Under the pieces are notes generated by a model. The model was not told the DNA's origin. It did no database searches and was given only the letters and a program-made list of their open reading frames with translations. The position numbers were made by a program, and so were the translations under genes. A stretch of 64,000 nucleotides of DNA, taken from the NCBI GenBank assembly GCA_964016885.1, contig OZ024745.1:129394001-129458000 (forward strand). Direction: 5' to 3'. This DNA comes from Eledone cirrhosa. Its lineage: Eukaryota. Each line of letters begins with the position of its first letter. The stretch's first letter is position 1. Shown one piece after another: positions 1 through 13,289 of this stretch.

Positions 1-149
1 TGTGTGTGCGTGCGTGTGTGTGTGTGTGTGTGTATGTGTGCGCGTGTGTGTGTGTGTGTGCGTGCGCGCGTGTGTGTGTGTGTGTGTATAATGATAATAA
101 AAAGGATGATTATTAAGTTATAACAAATCGCCCTTTTTATTATTATTAT

Positions 150-256
150 CACGCCGAGGTTAACTTTGCCTTTCATCCCTACGGGGTCGATAAAATAAAG
201 TACCAGTAATGCACTGGGTAATTGCTGGCCTTGTGCCAAATGTAGAAACAATTATT
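150..256 (+). mobile_element. tRNA-derived Nin-domain SINE, 3' partial copy
   Basis: GCCGAGGTTAACTTTGCCTTTCATCC..GGGGTCGATAAAATAAAGTACCAG..TTGCTGGCCTTGTGCCAAA..GAAACAATT matches about 20 other copies in the window. Confidence 0.85.
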
Positions 257-543
257 ATTATTACACTCTGGTTAGTTCTACATCCCTATACTTACTGGAA
301 ACTACACATCGAGTGCTCACTCTGGTGAAATGGACGTTACAATCCCTTCTTAAGAAGCTCCTCAACAACTCACATCATGTAATCTCTCTCATGTAGTAAG
401 ATGTGTATGTAATTAGGTAGCCTGCATATATGTAAGCATGTATGTATTTATGTATGTATGTATGCATGCATTTATGTAAGTATGTATGGATGTGTGCAAG
501 TATGTGTGTATGTATGTATGTATGTATGTATGTATGTATGTAT

Positions 544-979
544 AAGAGTCAATGCCCATCCAAAATCACCGGGAGAGATGACCCCTTAGCCTTTGTCAAG
601 GCAGAATTCTAGGAGAAGGAAAACTCTGATATAACACCTGCAACTCTGATGGTATCCAATGATGTTGACTTGTTCTTGTTGGTAAATATCATCTTGGTTA
701 AGAGTGTGGGACTGGCTTTGTGCAGTGCCTTTGCTCACTATAAAAGCTTCACGGCACAGGCATAGCTTTATATCTGGAGATCTCTCTGCACTTGTCGTCA
801 CATGGTACCATGGGCCCAGCACTATGTGTCAATAATTGTCACAAGTGTAGTGTTTGTACCAGAGTTTTCAAGTCGCTGGCTGGACTAAAAAGTCACACTC
901 GTTCAGCGCATCGGTAGTGGTTCTCCTACATGGATATAAAGTAGTGGGCGTACTCGAAAACGAGTTGGCAGCCACCATG
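544..979 (+). mobile_element. Non-autonomous RTE-derived element, 5'-truncated copy with (TATG)n tail
   Basis: Near-identical to 18231-18869, 24525-25134 and 59088-59544; ends CTCGAAAACGAGTTGGCAGCCACC-(ATGT)n. Confidence 0.75.
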
Positions 980-1563
980 TATGTATCCATATATGTATGT
1001 AGTATGTATATATGTATGATGTATATATATACGTATATACGTATATATGTATGAAGTAAGTGTATATGTTAGTGGGTCTGGATGTATGTATCCATATATG
1101 TATGTTGTATGTATGTATATATGTATGCTGTATGTATGTACGTACGTATGTATGTACGTATATACGTATATATGTATGAAAGGAAGTGTATATGTTACTC
1201 GGTATATATGTAGGGAAACACATATATGTATGTCTATGTATTTCTATTTGTTCCTATTTTCTATATATTTAGGCTAAATAAATATAAAGCTTCACTATTT
1301 CATTATATTCCAAATGAATAAACACACATAGACAGTGAGAGATGCTGACGCTACTTACACATGCCGCAAATATATCTAATGGAATATAAATAAGCAACTT
1401 TCAAAAGTGATAATTCTAAATTAAACGTCATCATGTCACTTTTCATTTTCTCATCCATCACAAGCATTCATCTACATACATGAGCGCGCACACACCCTCA
1501 CTCACATACACTGAACACACACATACACACACAGACAGACACACACACACAGACAGACACACA

Positions 1564-1619
<56 letters not shown>

Positions 1620-1636
<17 letters not shown>

Positions 1637-1935
1637 CCTTTGTCTCTCACACAAACTTGCATACACTCACACACATACCACTTACTCACACACACTGAAC
1701 ACACACACACAAACACACACACACACGCCCTTTGTCTCTCACACAAACTTGCATACACTCACACACATACCACTTACTCACATACACTGAACACACACAC
1801 ACACACACGCACACGCCCTTTGTCTCTCACACAAACTTGCATACACTCACACACATACCACTTACTCACATACACTGACACACACACACGCCCTTTGTCT
1901 CTCACACAAACTTGCACACACTCACACACATACAC
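1620..1935. repeat. About 80-95 bp tandem repeat (4 copies) inside a (CA)n array
   Basis: CACGCCCTTTGTCTCTCACACAAACTTGCATACACTC recurs near 1631, 1723, 1811 and 1886. Confidence 0.85.
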
Positions 1936-2087
1936 TCACACACACATACACTCTCACACATACATATATATATATATGTATGTACGTTTGTTTATATATT
2001 ACACATATATACATACTCATATACATGCATATATACATACATCCAGAGGAGCATACGTACATATACATATATACATACATACATATG

Positions 2088-2123
<36 letters not shown>

Positions 2124-2233
2124 AAAACTATGAATGTTTATACTACACATATTTATACTATATTTATACATTGACATATATAGATAGTATATGTAGGGAC
2201 ATGTATACACAAATCCACTCATCTATCTATTTA

Positions 2234-2331
<98 letters not shown>

Positions 2332-2372
2332 TAAATAAAAAGTCAAATGTTTAAAATTTAGCTTCGTTTATT

Positions 2373-2427
2373 ACTGCTATATATATTTCAGTGACAGCCA
2401 TCTTTGGCTGTGACCTCTTCAGGCAGT
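2373..2427 (-). ncRNA. Type I hammerhead ribozyme motif (Penelope pLTR-type)
   Basis: Minus strand: ACTGC CTGAAGA G-GTCACAGCCA-AAGA-TGGCTGTCAC-T GAAA TATATA TA GCAGT; helix I ACTGC/GCAGT, palindromic helix III. Confidence 0.8.
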
Positions 2428-2675
2428 CCGAATTAGTATGGTATAGACAAGTACATATGTTGTTGAGGTCCTGCATACTGAGGTGTTGCTATACAACCAA
2501 CATATACTCAAAATCTATATATATAAATCTATATATATAAATATATATATATAAATATATGCAAACGTTCTATTTAAATTAATATCGTATATATAAATAT
2601 ATATATTTATATGTATATATACATACATATATATATAGAGAGATATCTATCTATCTATCTATCTATCTATATATG

Positions 2676-2779
<104 letters not shown>

Positions 2780-2809
2780 TTTTAGCGGAAACTACGAGTG
2801 AGAATTTTA

Positions 2810-3130
2810 ATAATCGTTTCTACTTTAGGCACAAGGCTAGCAAATACCAGTGCATTACTGGTACTTTATTTTATCGACCCCGTAAGGATGAAAGACAAAG
2901 TCAACCTCGGCGAGATTTGAACTCAGATCGTTAAGGGACGTAACTATACTGGAAAGCATGGCGTCCGACCCTCTACCGATACTGCCAATCCACCGCCATA
3001 ACATGGCGTCCGACCGTCTACCGATACTGCCAATCCACCTCCCTAACATAGCGTCCGACCGTCTACCGATACTGCCAATCCACCTCCCTAACATAGCGTC
3101 CGACCCTCTACCGATACTGCCAATCCACTG
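2810..3130 (-). mobile_element. Nin-domain SINE with tandemly reiterated tRNA-derived head
   Basis: Full SINE body at 2810-2997 followed by three extra ~45-bp copies of GCGTCCGACC(C/G)TCTACCGATACTGCCAATCCAC. Confidence 0.85.
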
Positions 3131-3280
3131 CCTTCACGAGTGAGAATGAAATAATGAAAACGAAAAGGATATACAATAATGGAATTGAATTTTCTCTCTC
3201 TCCGCATCTTTCTGTATATACATGTGTGTGTATTGGTCACATACTAACGTACGTAAACACACACACTTACACACACATTT

Positions 3281-3386
<106 letters not shown>

Positions 3387-3420
3387 TTACTCATACTATG
3401 TCGTTAGCGGTCCCCTTAAT

Positions 3421-4261
3421 TTACCATTATCTCTAATGTTAATTCTATAATCAATAGACGTACGGATTTATTTTCGCTCTGCTTGCATAAATTCCATGAA
3501 CTTTCCATAAAGTATACAGCTAATATTTCACTACCTAATTAGTTTAAAATCTTCTTTTCTCAAACGCTTTTATATCTTTTACAAATATACCCATCTTTCT
3601 ACCTTATTTCAGTATATTATACAATTTACTCATACTATGTCGTTAGCGGTCCTCTATTTTTCTTCTTTTTTATCCTTTTTTCTTTTTTAATTTCTAATCT
3701 TTAATCTGCAACTTTTACTCCTCAATTACTTCTTAATTCATATTATAACTCACTATAGCATTTTCCTTATATTCTCGGCCATATACATTTTTATTTTTAA
3801 TATATACTAATATTACCATTAGTAAATTTTGTAAACATATATTTTTTTTGACGTTATATATTTTTTCTACCTTGAATTTTTTCTTTCTTCTCTCCTTCCG
3901 TGCTCGTATAATACCTATTATTTACTTTCTCCTATTACAATACATAGAAACAAAGTTGGACCCTAACTAATTCCTCTAAGTTCATAATTCATTTAACCCT
4001 TTCTTCATTTACCTTATCTCCTTAATATATTTTATTTTAATAATACGTTTTAATAAATTCCTTTTTGCACATATTATTAAACCCTTCAATATATAACCCT
4101 AAATAAATAGTATTCTTAATTACTTTTTCTTTACTTTTTCTTTAATCATAAGCATCACCATTCATAAACTTTTAATTTCTAAATTTTTTTAAATTATGTA
4201 TTATTTTACAAGGGTTTTTTTTTAAATTTCTCTCTGTGACACAGTGTTTCTCAGTATTAAA

Positions 4262-4342
<81 letters not shown>

Positions 4343-4689
4343 TCTCTCTCTCTCACTCACTCCTCCTCTCTCAGCCTTCCTTCTTATATACCTCCTCCGT
4401 CATCCTTTCCTTATTATTATATATTTTTTTCTTATTATATTCTTTCTTCCTCTTCCTTACCTTTTCCTTTCCCCCCTTCCTTTCCTTTTTTTTCCCAATC
4501 TCATATATCCATCTTATTTTATTTTTCATATGTTGATTTAACACTTCACTGCTTGTAAGTGTTTTTTAAGCTTCATATCATGTCTCCCTATTTTATCTGA
4601 TGAGAACGCAAATATCATCCCATGAGGATATTTGTTTTTGAAATGCGCATAATAAAATCCATGGAACTCTTTTAACCATCTTTTGATTT

Positions 4690-4690
<1 letters not shown>
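3421..4690 (+). mobile_element. 3' end of a Penelope-like element (GIY-YIG C-terminus, pyrimidine-rich 3' UTR, pLTR with HHR)
   Basis: 3423-3542 translates to TIISNVNSIINRRTDLFSLCLHKF..., matching LLNKKEELVTACIH and CLNTKTEMFTSCPH of the two PLE ORFs here; HHR at 4590; (TA)n on both sides. Confidence 0.6.
4590..4658 (+). ncRNA. Type I hammerhead ribozyme motif
   Basis: ATTTTAT CTGATGA G..CAAATATC..GATATTTG..T GAAA TGCGCA TA ATAAAAT; 7-bp helix I, 8-bp helix II, palindromic helix III. Confidence 0.8.
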
Positions 4691-4754
<64 letters not shown>

Positions 4755-4934
4755 TTAAGCTATACGATAAACCTAAATAATACATAAGAAAATATGTAGT
4801 TCCTGAAGGTGATTCTGATAAAATTTAATTTCTCGTGTGTAAAGGTCTTACTTAACAAACTCCACGCCCCACACATACAAACACACACATATATGTATTT
4901 AAAAGTCAGTGTTGCAACATATGCACACATATTA

Positions 4935-5022
4935 TTTCCTTTCATCCTTACGGGGTTGATAAAATAAAGTACCAGTAATGCACTGGGTAATTGCTGGCCT
5001 TGTGCCAAAAGTAGAAACAATT
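4935..5022 (+). mobile_element. Nin-domain SINE, 3' fragment
   Basis: CCTTTCATCCTTACGGGG..GATAAAATAAAGTACCAG..GCCAAAAGTAGAAACAATT. Confidence 0.8.
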
Positions 5023-5026
5023 ATTT

Positions 5027-5116
5027 GTATATTACAATTGTTTCGATATCGATCATCTCAGGGTACAATGAAGGTGACCGGTGCACCACTCTTTTTCGAC
5101 ATCTCGTCAGATATGC
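5027..5116 (-). ncRNA. Type I hammerhead ribozyme motif with large loop II
   Basis: Minus strand: GCATAT CTGACGA GATGTCGA-(43 nt)-TCGATATC GAAA CAATTG TA ATATAC. Confidence 0.7.
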
Positions 5117-5363
5117 GAGCTTATATGTTCAAATACACATATATTTTCACTCTTCACACTACAGCCATAACTCTGGAGGAAAACCCAAACGAAACGGACA
5201 TCGTAAGAGTAGTGAGCGCTTTGACGGCGCACCGCCTGTAACCGTTGTTACACACCTAACACACACATATACTCACCCCCCCCCCCATATATATATATGT
5301 GTGTGTGTATGTGTGTGAGTGTATGTATTTATGTATGTGTGTATGTATGTGTGTATATAATGT

Positions 5364-5550
5364 TAAGTCGCCCTCGAGAGCTACAGGTAACAAGTAACCC
5401 AGTACAACCTGTCTCATGGTCGGGTCATTGGCGACTAAACCGGCAACCCCACCAAGCTTGCTTTGTGAGGAGGCTGATATTTGGACACCCTGCCGGATGA
5501 AATACAAGACCCGGTGAAGGGCGGAGGACCTCAGCAGAGTCAACGGCTAA
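5364..5550 (+). mobile_element. Diverged 5' module of the RTE-derived element
   Basis: TACAACCTGTCTCATGGTCGGGTCATTGGCGACTAAACCGGCAACCCCACC is shared with 18271-18321. Confidence 0.7.
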
Positions 5551-5924
5551 GTATACATTTATGTATGTATCTGTGTATTTATCTATGTATATATGTATAT
5601 ATGTATGTCCGTATGTTTTTGTTGTCCATTCCTGGTCAATGTATAAACCAACTATTCATTGTTCTACCAACTTCTATAAATTGAATGGTTGAAGAATAAA
5701 TCCTATTTACTACCTCACCGGCTGATTAGATGAATAGACAGCGAAACATTTAGAATCCTCGTCAAGTGTATTGCATTATATTTTCTGTATATTTCTTCTG
5801 TTGTATACTCGAGTTTTTATTTGCTCTGTTTGTATAATTCATGTAGACATAAATTCATTGTACAACTCACTGTCCAGGTGAATTACATTCTTAGTGTTGA
5901 AATATTTCGCTCGGATCAACTAAG

Positions 5925-6113
5925 ATAATTGTCTCTACTTTTGGCACAAAACCAGCAATTATCCCAGTGCATTACTGGTACTTTATGTTATCGACCCGGT
6001 AAGGATGAAAGGCAAAGTTAACCTCGACGGGATTTGAACTCAGACCATAAAGGGACGTAACTATGCTGGAAAGCATAGCGTCCGACCCTCTACCGATTCT
6101 GTCAATTCACCGC
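5925..6113 (-). mobile_element. Nin-domain SINE, full length
   Basis: Reverse-complement match to the SINE consensus including B-box-like GAGTTCAAATCC. Confidence 0.85.
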
Positions 6114-6211
6114 TAATACTGCCTAGATTCATGCATGTGCATCTATTTACTATACGTACATAAATTCACACAAACATTCCTACATAAGCACAGATACACA
6201 ATACACACACA

Positions 6212-6293
<82 letters not shown>

Positions 6294-6420
6294 AGAAAAG
6301 GTAACTAGCAGAAACCACCGAACCCGCGGTAGATCCTCTATACCAACTCAGCGTCTTACCTTATATCGAGTACTTCTTTGATTTGTGGACTTCACGGCTC
6401 CAATACCGTAAACTATCTCT

Positions 6421-6553
<133 letters not shown>

Positions 6554-6637
6554 TTTATGCTTTCCACTTTAGTGGCTTATACCCCTCGCGATTGAAAACA
6601 TACCCCTTTTTGTGTTTTCTTCTCTATAGACTGTATT

Positions 6638-6822
6638 ATTTGGCAGTATAGGTAGAAGGTCGGATGCCATGCTTTGAAGCATAGAGTTACCTCCCTGTAT
6701 GATCTGAGTTCAAATCCCGCCGAGGTTAACTTTGCCTTTCATCCTTCCGGGGTCGATAAAATAAAGTACCAGTAATACACTGGGTTAATTGGTGGGCTTG
6801 TGCCAAAAGCAGAAACAATTAT
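6638..6822 (+). mobile_element. Nin-domain SINE
   Basis: TTGGCAGTATAGGTAG..GAGTTCAAATCCCGCCGAGG..GAAACAATT. Confidence 0.85.
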
Positions 6823-6836
6823 TTATATATACATGT

Positions 6837-6907
<71 letters not shown>

Positions 6908-7022
6908 TTGAAATAAAATGAAAACGAAATTTCATTTCTCACTCTTAGTACGGCACTTACTTAAATGTAAGTACGTGTGTATACGTACATACATATATGT
7001 ATACAGACGTACAGTAGCATGC

Positions 7023-7053
<31 letters not shown>

Positions 7054-7103
7054 CAGGTACACATACATATATGCACGTATCAGTATACATATATATATAT
7101 ATA

Positions 7104-7368
<265 letters not shown>

Positions 7369-8237
7369 TGTGTGTGTATGTGTGTGTGTGTATGTGTGTG
7401 TATGTGTGTGCGTGCGTGTGTGTGTGTATTCATGTGCGTATGTGCATACTGCAATCCCCCCCCCTCATGTTTTAGTTTAGCAATAGGTATAATCGGTAAA
7501 AATATTAATTATATCCCAATGTTAAAAAAAATTGTCAGTCTGAGACAGATATGAAGGAGTTGTAATGGAATGACGTGCTATTCGGAGGTTGTGAGTTATA
7601 TTTGATCCGATCCTTTAATAACTAGTTAGATTAAATATCTTTGGTAAATTGATACTTCATATTTACCGCGTTCGTATCATACCAACACTAATTTTTTTAG
7701 GGTGTCAAGTTTGCATTCCTTTTCTGTTAATATCTGTTTTGGTGCCCACGATTGATATGCCATATATACCAGGCTTGCTGGATATATAAACAATCATACA
7801 AACAGGGAAATGTGTTCTTTGATGAAGTTCTGCCTTGCCTAAGAGAATCTCTATAGTTTATAGCGACTGCAGATACTCGGACGAGAGTAAAAAAGCCAAC
7901 ACGCTTAACACTAAGCCACGAGACTCCACTCGATGTTAAAGATAAAAAAATATATTAATTATTTATTTCTAGAATATAATTACATAAATATGCAGCAGGT
8001 ATGAACAAATAACATACAGGGTTAAGGGACTGGGTAACTTTGTAAAAATAACAATTTGTTATTAGAAAGCAAGAATTTGTCATTGGAAAGCAAACTTCAT
8101 ATTGTAGTAACGTGACTAATATAGGAAGTGTGTCGTGCGCATGAGTGTATATAATCGGCTGTGTAGATTAAAAAGTGTTACAGACGTAGATATATATAAA
8201 TATAGCAATACACGTGGCACATTATTATGGTAAGTGC

Positions 8238-8425
8238 ACTGGATTGGCAGTATCGGTAGAGGATCGGACGCCATGCTTTGACGCATTGAGTTACGGCCTT
8301 GCCATTCTGAGTTCAAATCCCGCCGAGGTTAACTTTGCCTTTCATCCTTACGGGGTCGATAAAATAAAGTACCAGTAATACACTGGGGTAATTGCTGGCC
8401 TTGTGCCAATAGTAGAAACAATAAT
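8238..8425 (+). mobile_element. Nin-domain SINE
   Basis: Full head, core and tail match. Confidence 0.85.
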
Positions 8426-8439
8426 TATTGTTTGTAGTG

Positions 8440-8640
8440 TGGTGGATTGATAATATCGTTAGAGCGTCGGACATGCTTGTGGCATAGAGTTACGTCCATT
8501 TAAGTTATCAGTTTAAATCCCACCGTGTCTAGCTTTGCCTTTCATTCTTATGAGGTATAGAAAATAAAGCACCAGTAAAGCACTGGGGTCGATCTAATCG
8601 ACTTCCCCCCCCCCCCCAAATTGCTGGCCTTGGGCCTATT
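8440..8640 (+). mobile_element. Older Nin-domain SINE subfamily retaining GGGGTCGATCTAATCGACTTCCCC segment
   Basis: Diverged head and core with an extra hairpin and poly-C segment that the young copies lack. Confidence 0.7.
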
Positions 8641-8750
8641 GGTTTTACTTGTTTTTCTGTCTTTCTATTATATTGAGGAATGTGTTGAAACAATTGTAAA
8701 GTATTAAATGTTTAAAAACTCAAGAACTGTCATCTATCATCTCACTATGT

Positions 8751-8834
<84 letters not shown>

Positions 8835-9729
8835 CATAAATATATATGTACATGTATATATATATATACTTGTGTACAAATATATATTCATAGGTATTTA
8901 CGTGTATAATTGAGTAGTGTATTTACACTAGTCTACATTTCTGTAGTATGCAAACTCTTACTGAAAAAATTCCTATATACTTACATATTTCTAAGTGTTT
9001 ACCTTGTATATATTAATGTTGTATGCACATTCTCACAGAAACACATTCATTCATACACACACACACAAATATAAATACCTATATAATTACTCACATATGG
9101 TTACACATTTGTACGTGTATGTACGAGTAAAATGTGTACACATGCGTATGTTTAGGACATATACACGGCCTCACACACGAAACTCATACACATATACTTA
9201 TGTTTAGATTACTGAATCAATTTTCTACAAATTTGTTCTTAATTCAGTAAGAATCTAAGATTTCACAAGTAGAAACATTTAACTAGAAATTTTCTTTCTC
9301 AGAATAAATGGTCTGTTCTTACTTAAACGCTTCCCATCCTTTTCCTTCTTTACTTTTGTTTTATTACGTGTGTATTTCCTCATTTTATTTTTAAGGTTTC
9401 CTATCTTGCTTTGCTTTCGCCATTTGCAATTGAAACCTTGGATCTTTGAATATCCGGATGGAATTTCATTAGTTCTCTGTTTTTGTTGTAATATTTTGTG
9501 TTATTTTTGTGCTATTTTTGTTTAGAATTGCAAATAGATTTACTTATTTCGCTCTAATTCAGCCCTCTCTCTTATTTGCTTTACATTTTTGTTTAATATT
9601 TTTTTTTCGTGTGTGTGTAAAATGGTACAGTGAGGGTAGTTTGTTTCTAAGATCAAAATATATTTATTGTTTTTGTTGGCAAACTTATGTTGATTTGTCC
9701 CCCCCTCTCTCTCTCTATATATATATAAT

Positions 9730-9765
<36 letters not shown>

Positions 9766-9945
9766 CCGTGTATGTTTGCGTGTGCGTGTTCTTTTTCTCG
9801 ATACGACTCACTTTTTCCTTCACCTTTTCCTTCACTTGCCTAATCAATCAATTCCAAGTACTTATCTACCAACATACCTATCTAATTAGCTATCTACCCA
9901 GCTACCTACCTACCTACCTACCTACCTACCTACCTACCTACCTAC

Positions 9946-9995
<50 letters not shown>

Positions 9996-10686
9996 GTCAA
10001 TCTATCTGTCTGTCTATCTATCTTTTCCCACATAAATTTTAATTTTCTTTTCGTTCGTTATGTCAGTAGTCTATGATCTCATTTTACTGAAATCTTTTCC
10101 CGGGGCCCTGAAACTTGGGATTTCGGTAATTTGATTTATAAAAGAATGAAGTAAATAATAATATCTTTAAGCTTCCTAGCATTTGGCCGTCATTTTGTTT
10201 CTGACTGCTGCTATGCGAAAGATAATTTAAGTAGCTTAATTAGATAAATAAAATAACATAAATAAATTTTTAAAAAGCAAAGGAAAAAGCAACAAAAAAA
10301 CAATAAAAAAGCAACAAAAAAGCAAAGAAAAAATTCACATGAAAAACTAAACTATTTAACGAACTATCTCATTCTCTAACCAAATTCCCTACTAACTTAC
10401 TATTTAACGAAAATAAGAATAAACAAAATATCTAACCATATAAATTTTTGAACTTACTTACTGACTCATGAATAAGGTATCTGTATAACCTAAGCGAATT
10501 TACCTCATTAATTGAATAACTAAATAATTAATTTAGAAACATTTATGGTATATCTGTAATTAGGCACAGTTAGTTAGGTAGCGGTCTACGTATTCAACTC
10601 ATAAACCGAAAATATAGACTGAAGAATTAAACAGCAGTTTAACGTATTAATTTATTATTAAGTGAACATAGGAAGGAGATTCTTCG

Positions 10687-10986
10687 TAGACATGGGCAAC
10701 CTTTTTCGAGAAGCGGGACTCATGAGATATGGCTCATCATCAGGCGAGCCGCAAGCACTAATTTACATTCGTGCCCACATTAAAAAAAAGGGTGGTAAAT
10801 CAGGTTGTTTTGATTTGTTTTTTTCAGAATTCGTACACGTTGTTTTCCTCGATCGTAAAAATGATAGAAGATAAATTACGACTGAAAAGTTGGGGTAACA
10901 AAATCAGAAAGATTTTACTTGGGTGACATAGGCGAGCCATTCAGAAAGCTTCACCGGCTGCATGCGGCGCAAGTTGCCCATGGCTG
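10687..10986. mobile_element. hAT-like MITE
   Basis: Terminal inverted repeats TAGACATGGGCAAC ... GTTGCCCATGGCTG. Confidence 0.55.
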
Positions 10987-11224
10987 CTCTAAACCTACCG
11001 ATACTGCCAATCAACCGTTCTCTGACGTCTTTAAATAATGGATTCTGATTTAGGCACAAGTCCAAACATTTTGGGTGAGTGGCAAGTCGAAGAAATCGAT
11101 ACCAGTGCGTTACTTTATCTTAACGACTCTGTCAGAGGGAAAAGTAAAGCACTGATTTTCGTTCCTGTCGTGCAACACTCGGCAACAAACTTATCAGTTG
11201 CATGTCGAAGATCATCTTTTGACT

Positions 11225-11582
11225 AAGTAAGTAATATCATATCGTTGACAAGTTCCTGCAGACTGATTCTACATTTTCTAGTCTTCATACCACATCCAAC
11301 ACGGCTGCATATATCAATCCTGTCCATAAGGGTTTTGAACAGGAGCGTTGACTATACCCCTCCCTTGGCAGAGACCGACGCATTAAATAGTTTCGGTGAA
11401 GATGCATTTATCCAAACACAGATAGAAGGGCAGTCATATATAGACATCAGCGCAATTGGTCCAATGTTCTTGCCGCACCTTGCAGAACAGATCCCATGGA
11501 ACTAATCATATGCTTTGTCGAGGTCTCCGAAACAAGCATACAGGTAATGGTAACACTCCGACGATTTCTCAATAACCTACTG
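11225..11582 (-). pseudogene. Degenerate non-LTR (RTE-like) reverse transcriptase fragment
   Basis: Minus strand encodes YLYACFGDLDKAYD (RT motif A) and LLFKTLMDRI, with stops and frameshifts. Confidence 0.55.
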
Positions 11583-11595
11583 CACACAAACACAC

Positions 11596-11737
<142 letters not shown>

Positions 11738-11789
11738 GCGTGTGTGTGTGTGTGAGTGTTTATATATATATATATTTAATATAGAAATG

Positions 11790-11838
11790 GCTTCTACAGG
11801 ACTAGAACTGTTTCATTCGAGAGAAATCATCAGGAAGC
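11790..11838 (-). ncRNA. Type I hammerhead ribozyme motif (left arm of a fold-back)
   Basis: Minus strand: GCTTC CTGATGA TTTC-TCTC-GAAT GAAA CAG-TTCTAGTC-CTG TA GAAGC; degenerate plus-strand partners at 11839-11882 and 12043-12090. Confidence 0.75.
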
Positions 11839-12104
11839 CCGATGATTTCTCCCGAATGAAACAGTTCTAGTCTCGTAGAAGCCATTTCTATATTAAATAT
11901 TTATATTCTGACATGTATTGGCTACCTTAATTACTGTGGTTACCCTCCATTAAATCTGGGATAAACTTATATATATATGTATGTAATAATAATAAATGTG
12001 AAGGTTGTATATATATAGTATAAATATTTAATATAGAAATGGATTCCTGATGATTTCTCCCGAATAAAACAGTTCTAGTCCCGTAGAAGCCATTTCTATT
12101 TTAA

Positions 12105-12173
<69 letters not shown>

Positions 12174-12282
12174 CAGTTTTGCAAGAGATGTCAACATGAA
12201 TGGACTTGTTATTTTTATCTAAAGACATATTTTCCAAATTCTAACCCGCCCGTCCCCTCAATCTATTTTATTTCTCATTCTT

Positions 12283-12318
12283 TCTTCTGATGAAGGTCTA
12301 GCGTCCGAAACGTTAAGA
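12283..12318 (+). ncRNA. Minimal hammerhead ribozyme motif
   Basis: TCTT CTGATGA AGG-TCTAGCGT-CC GAAA CG TT AAGA; loopless palindromic helix III as in PLE minimal HHRs. Confidence 0.65.
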
Positions 12319-12402
12319 CCCTTTCCTGCTATATCAAGCGTTAACCTAATATATACCTTCCATATACTGTACCGATTGCGTTGTTATTTCTGTTTACCTT
12401 TT

Positions 12403-12511
<109 letters not shown>

Positions 12512-13289
12512 TATATATATGAATAAAGTTGTGGCATATGAATGGAGAAAAGCATTTTAAACTGCCACAATTGTTTATGTTCTACACAGAGGTTGTTAGA
12601 AAATGGTAGGACATACATAGGAATTATGTTGGTACTTCTATTATAAATATAATTCGTTCATTTACTAAAGAAACGAATCGTTTGTAGAACAATAAGTTTA
12701 CTGTATTATTTTATAGGCATCTCATGACTTCTAATTAAAGACCCGTGCGAGGACAGGTTTCTGTGTTAATTTTGTTGAATGGAAAATGCCAACATTTCTC
12801 ACATGAAACATATTTCTATCTACGTTACGATTTATGCTCTGTGCTTCCTAATACACTTGACACATCTCGTTTACACCAACTATGGGAAAAGGAAAAAAAA
12901 AGAGATCATAGTAAAATAAACATAGTAATTAACACAATTTATATAGTTAATTTTTATCTGAAGTATAAATAATAAAATAACATTTTTGAAACTTTATGAC
13001 CATTAAAGAGGGCTCTTGGGAGGTTGATTATATTAGTGTTACTGTTGATGCTGTTGTAGGTGGCGGTGGTGGCTGTGGTGGTAAAAAGATCGGTGATAGC
13101 TGTGATGTCGATGGTGCTTAGTGGTGGTGTGGAGCTCACAGCATAGAAGTGATGTTTCTCGTGGTTGTGACTCATCTTTTAAGATTGAGGGTTTACAGAT
13201 TTTAGTCGGGAGACCATCAGATAGAATGCCTTGTGCTGATTCTTCCTTATTTCCACATTGTGAGTTCAAATCACGCCGGGGTTAAGATC

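Noticed and set aside
7520-7900. Faint resemblance of minus-strand translation to a Helitron PIF1 helicase (EYLQSL, HFPV)
   Set aside because: Too degenerate to support without a profile search
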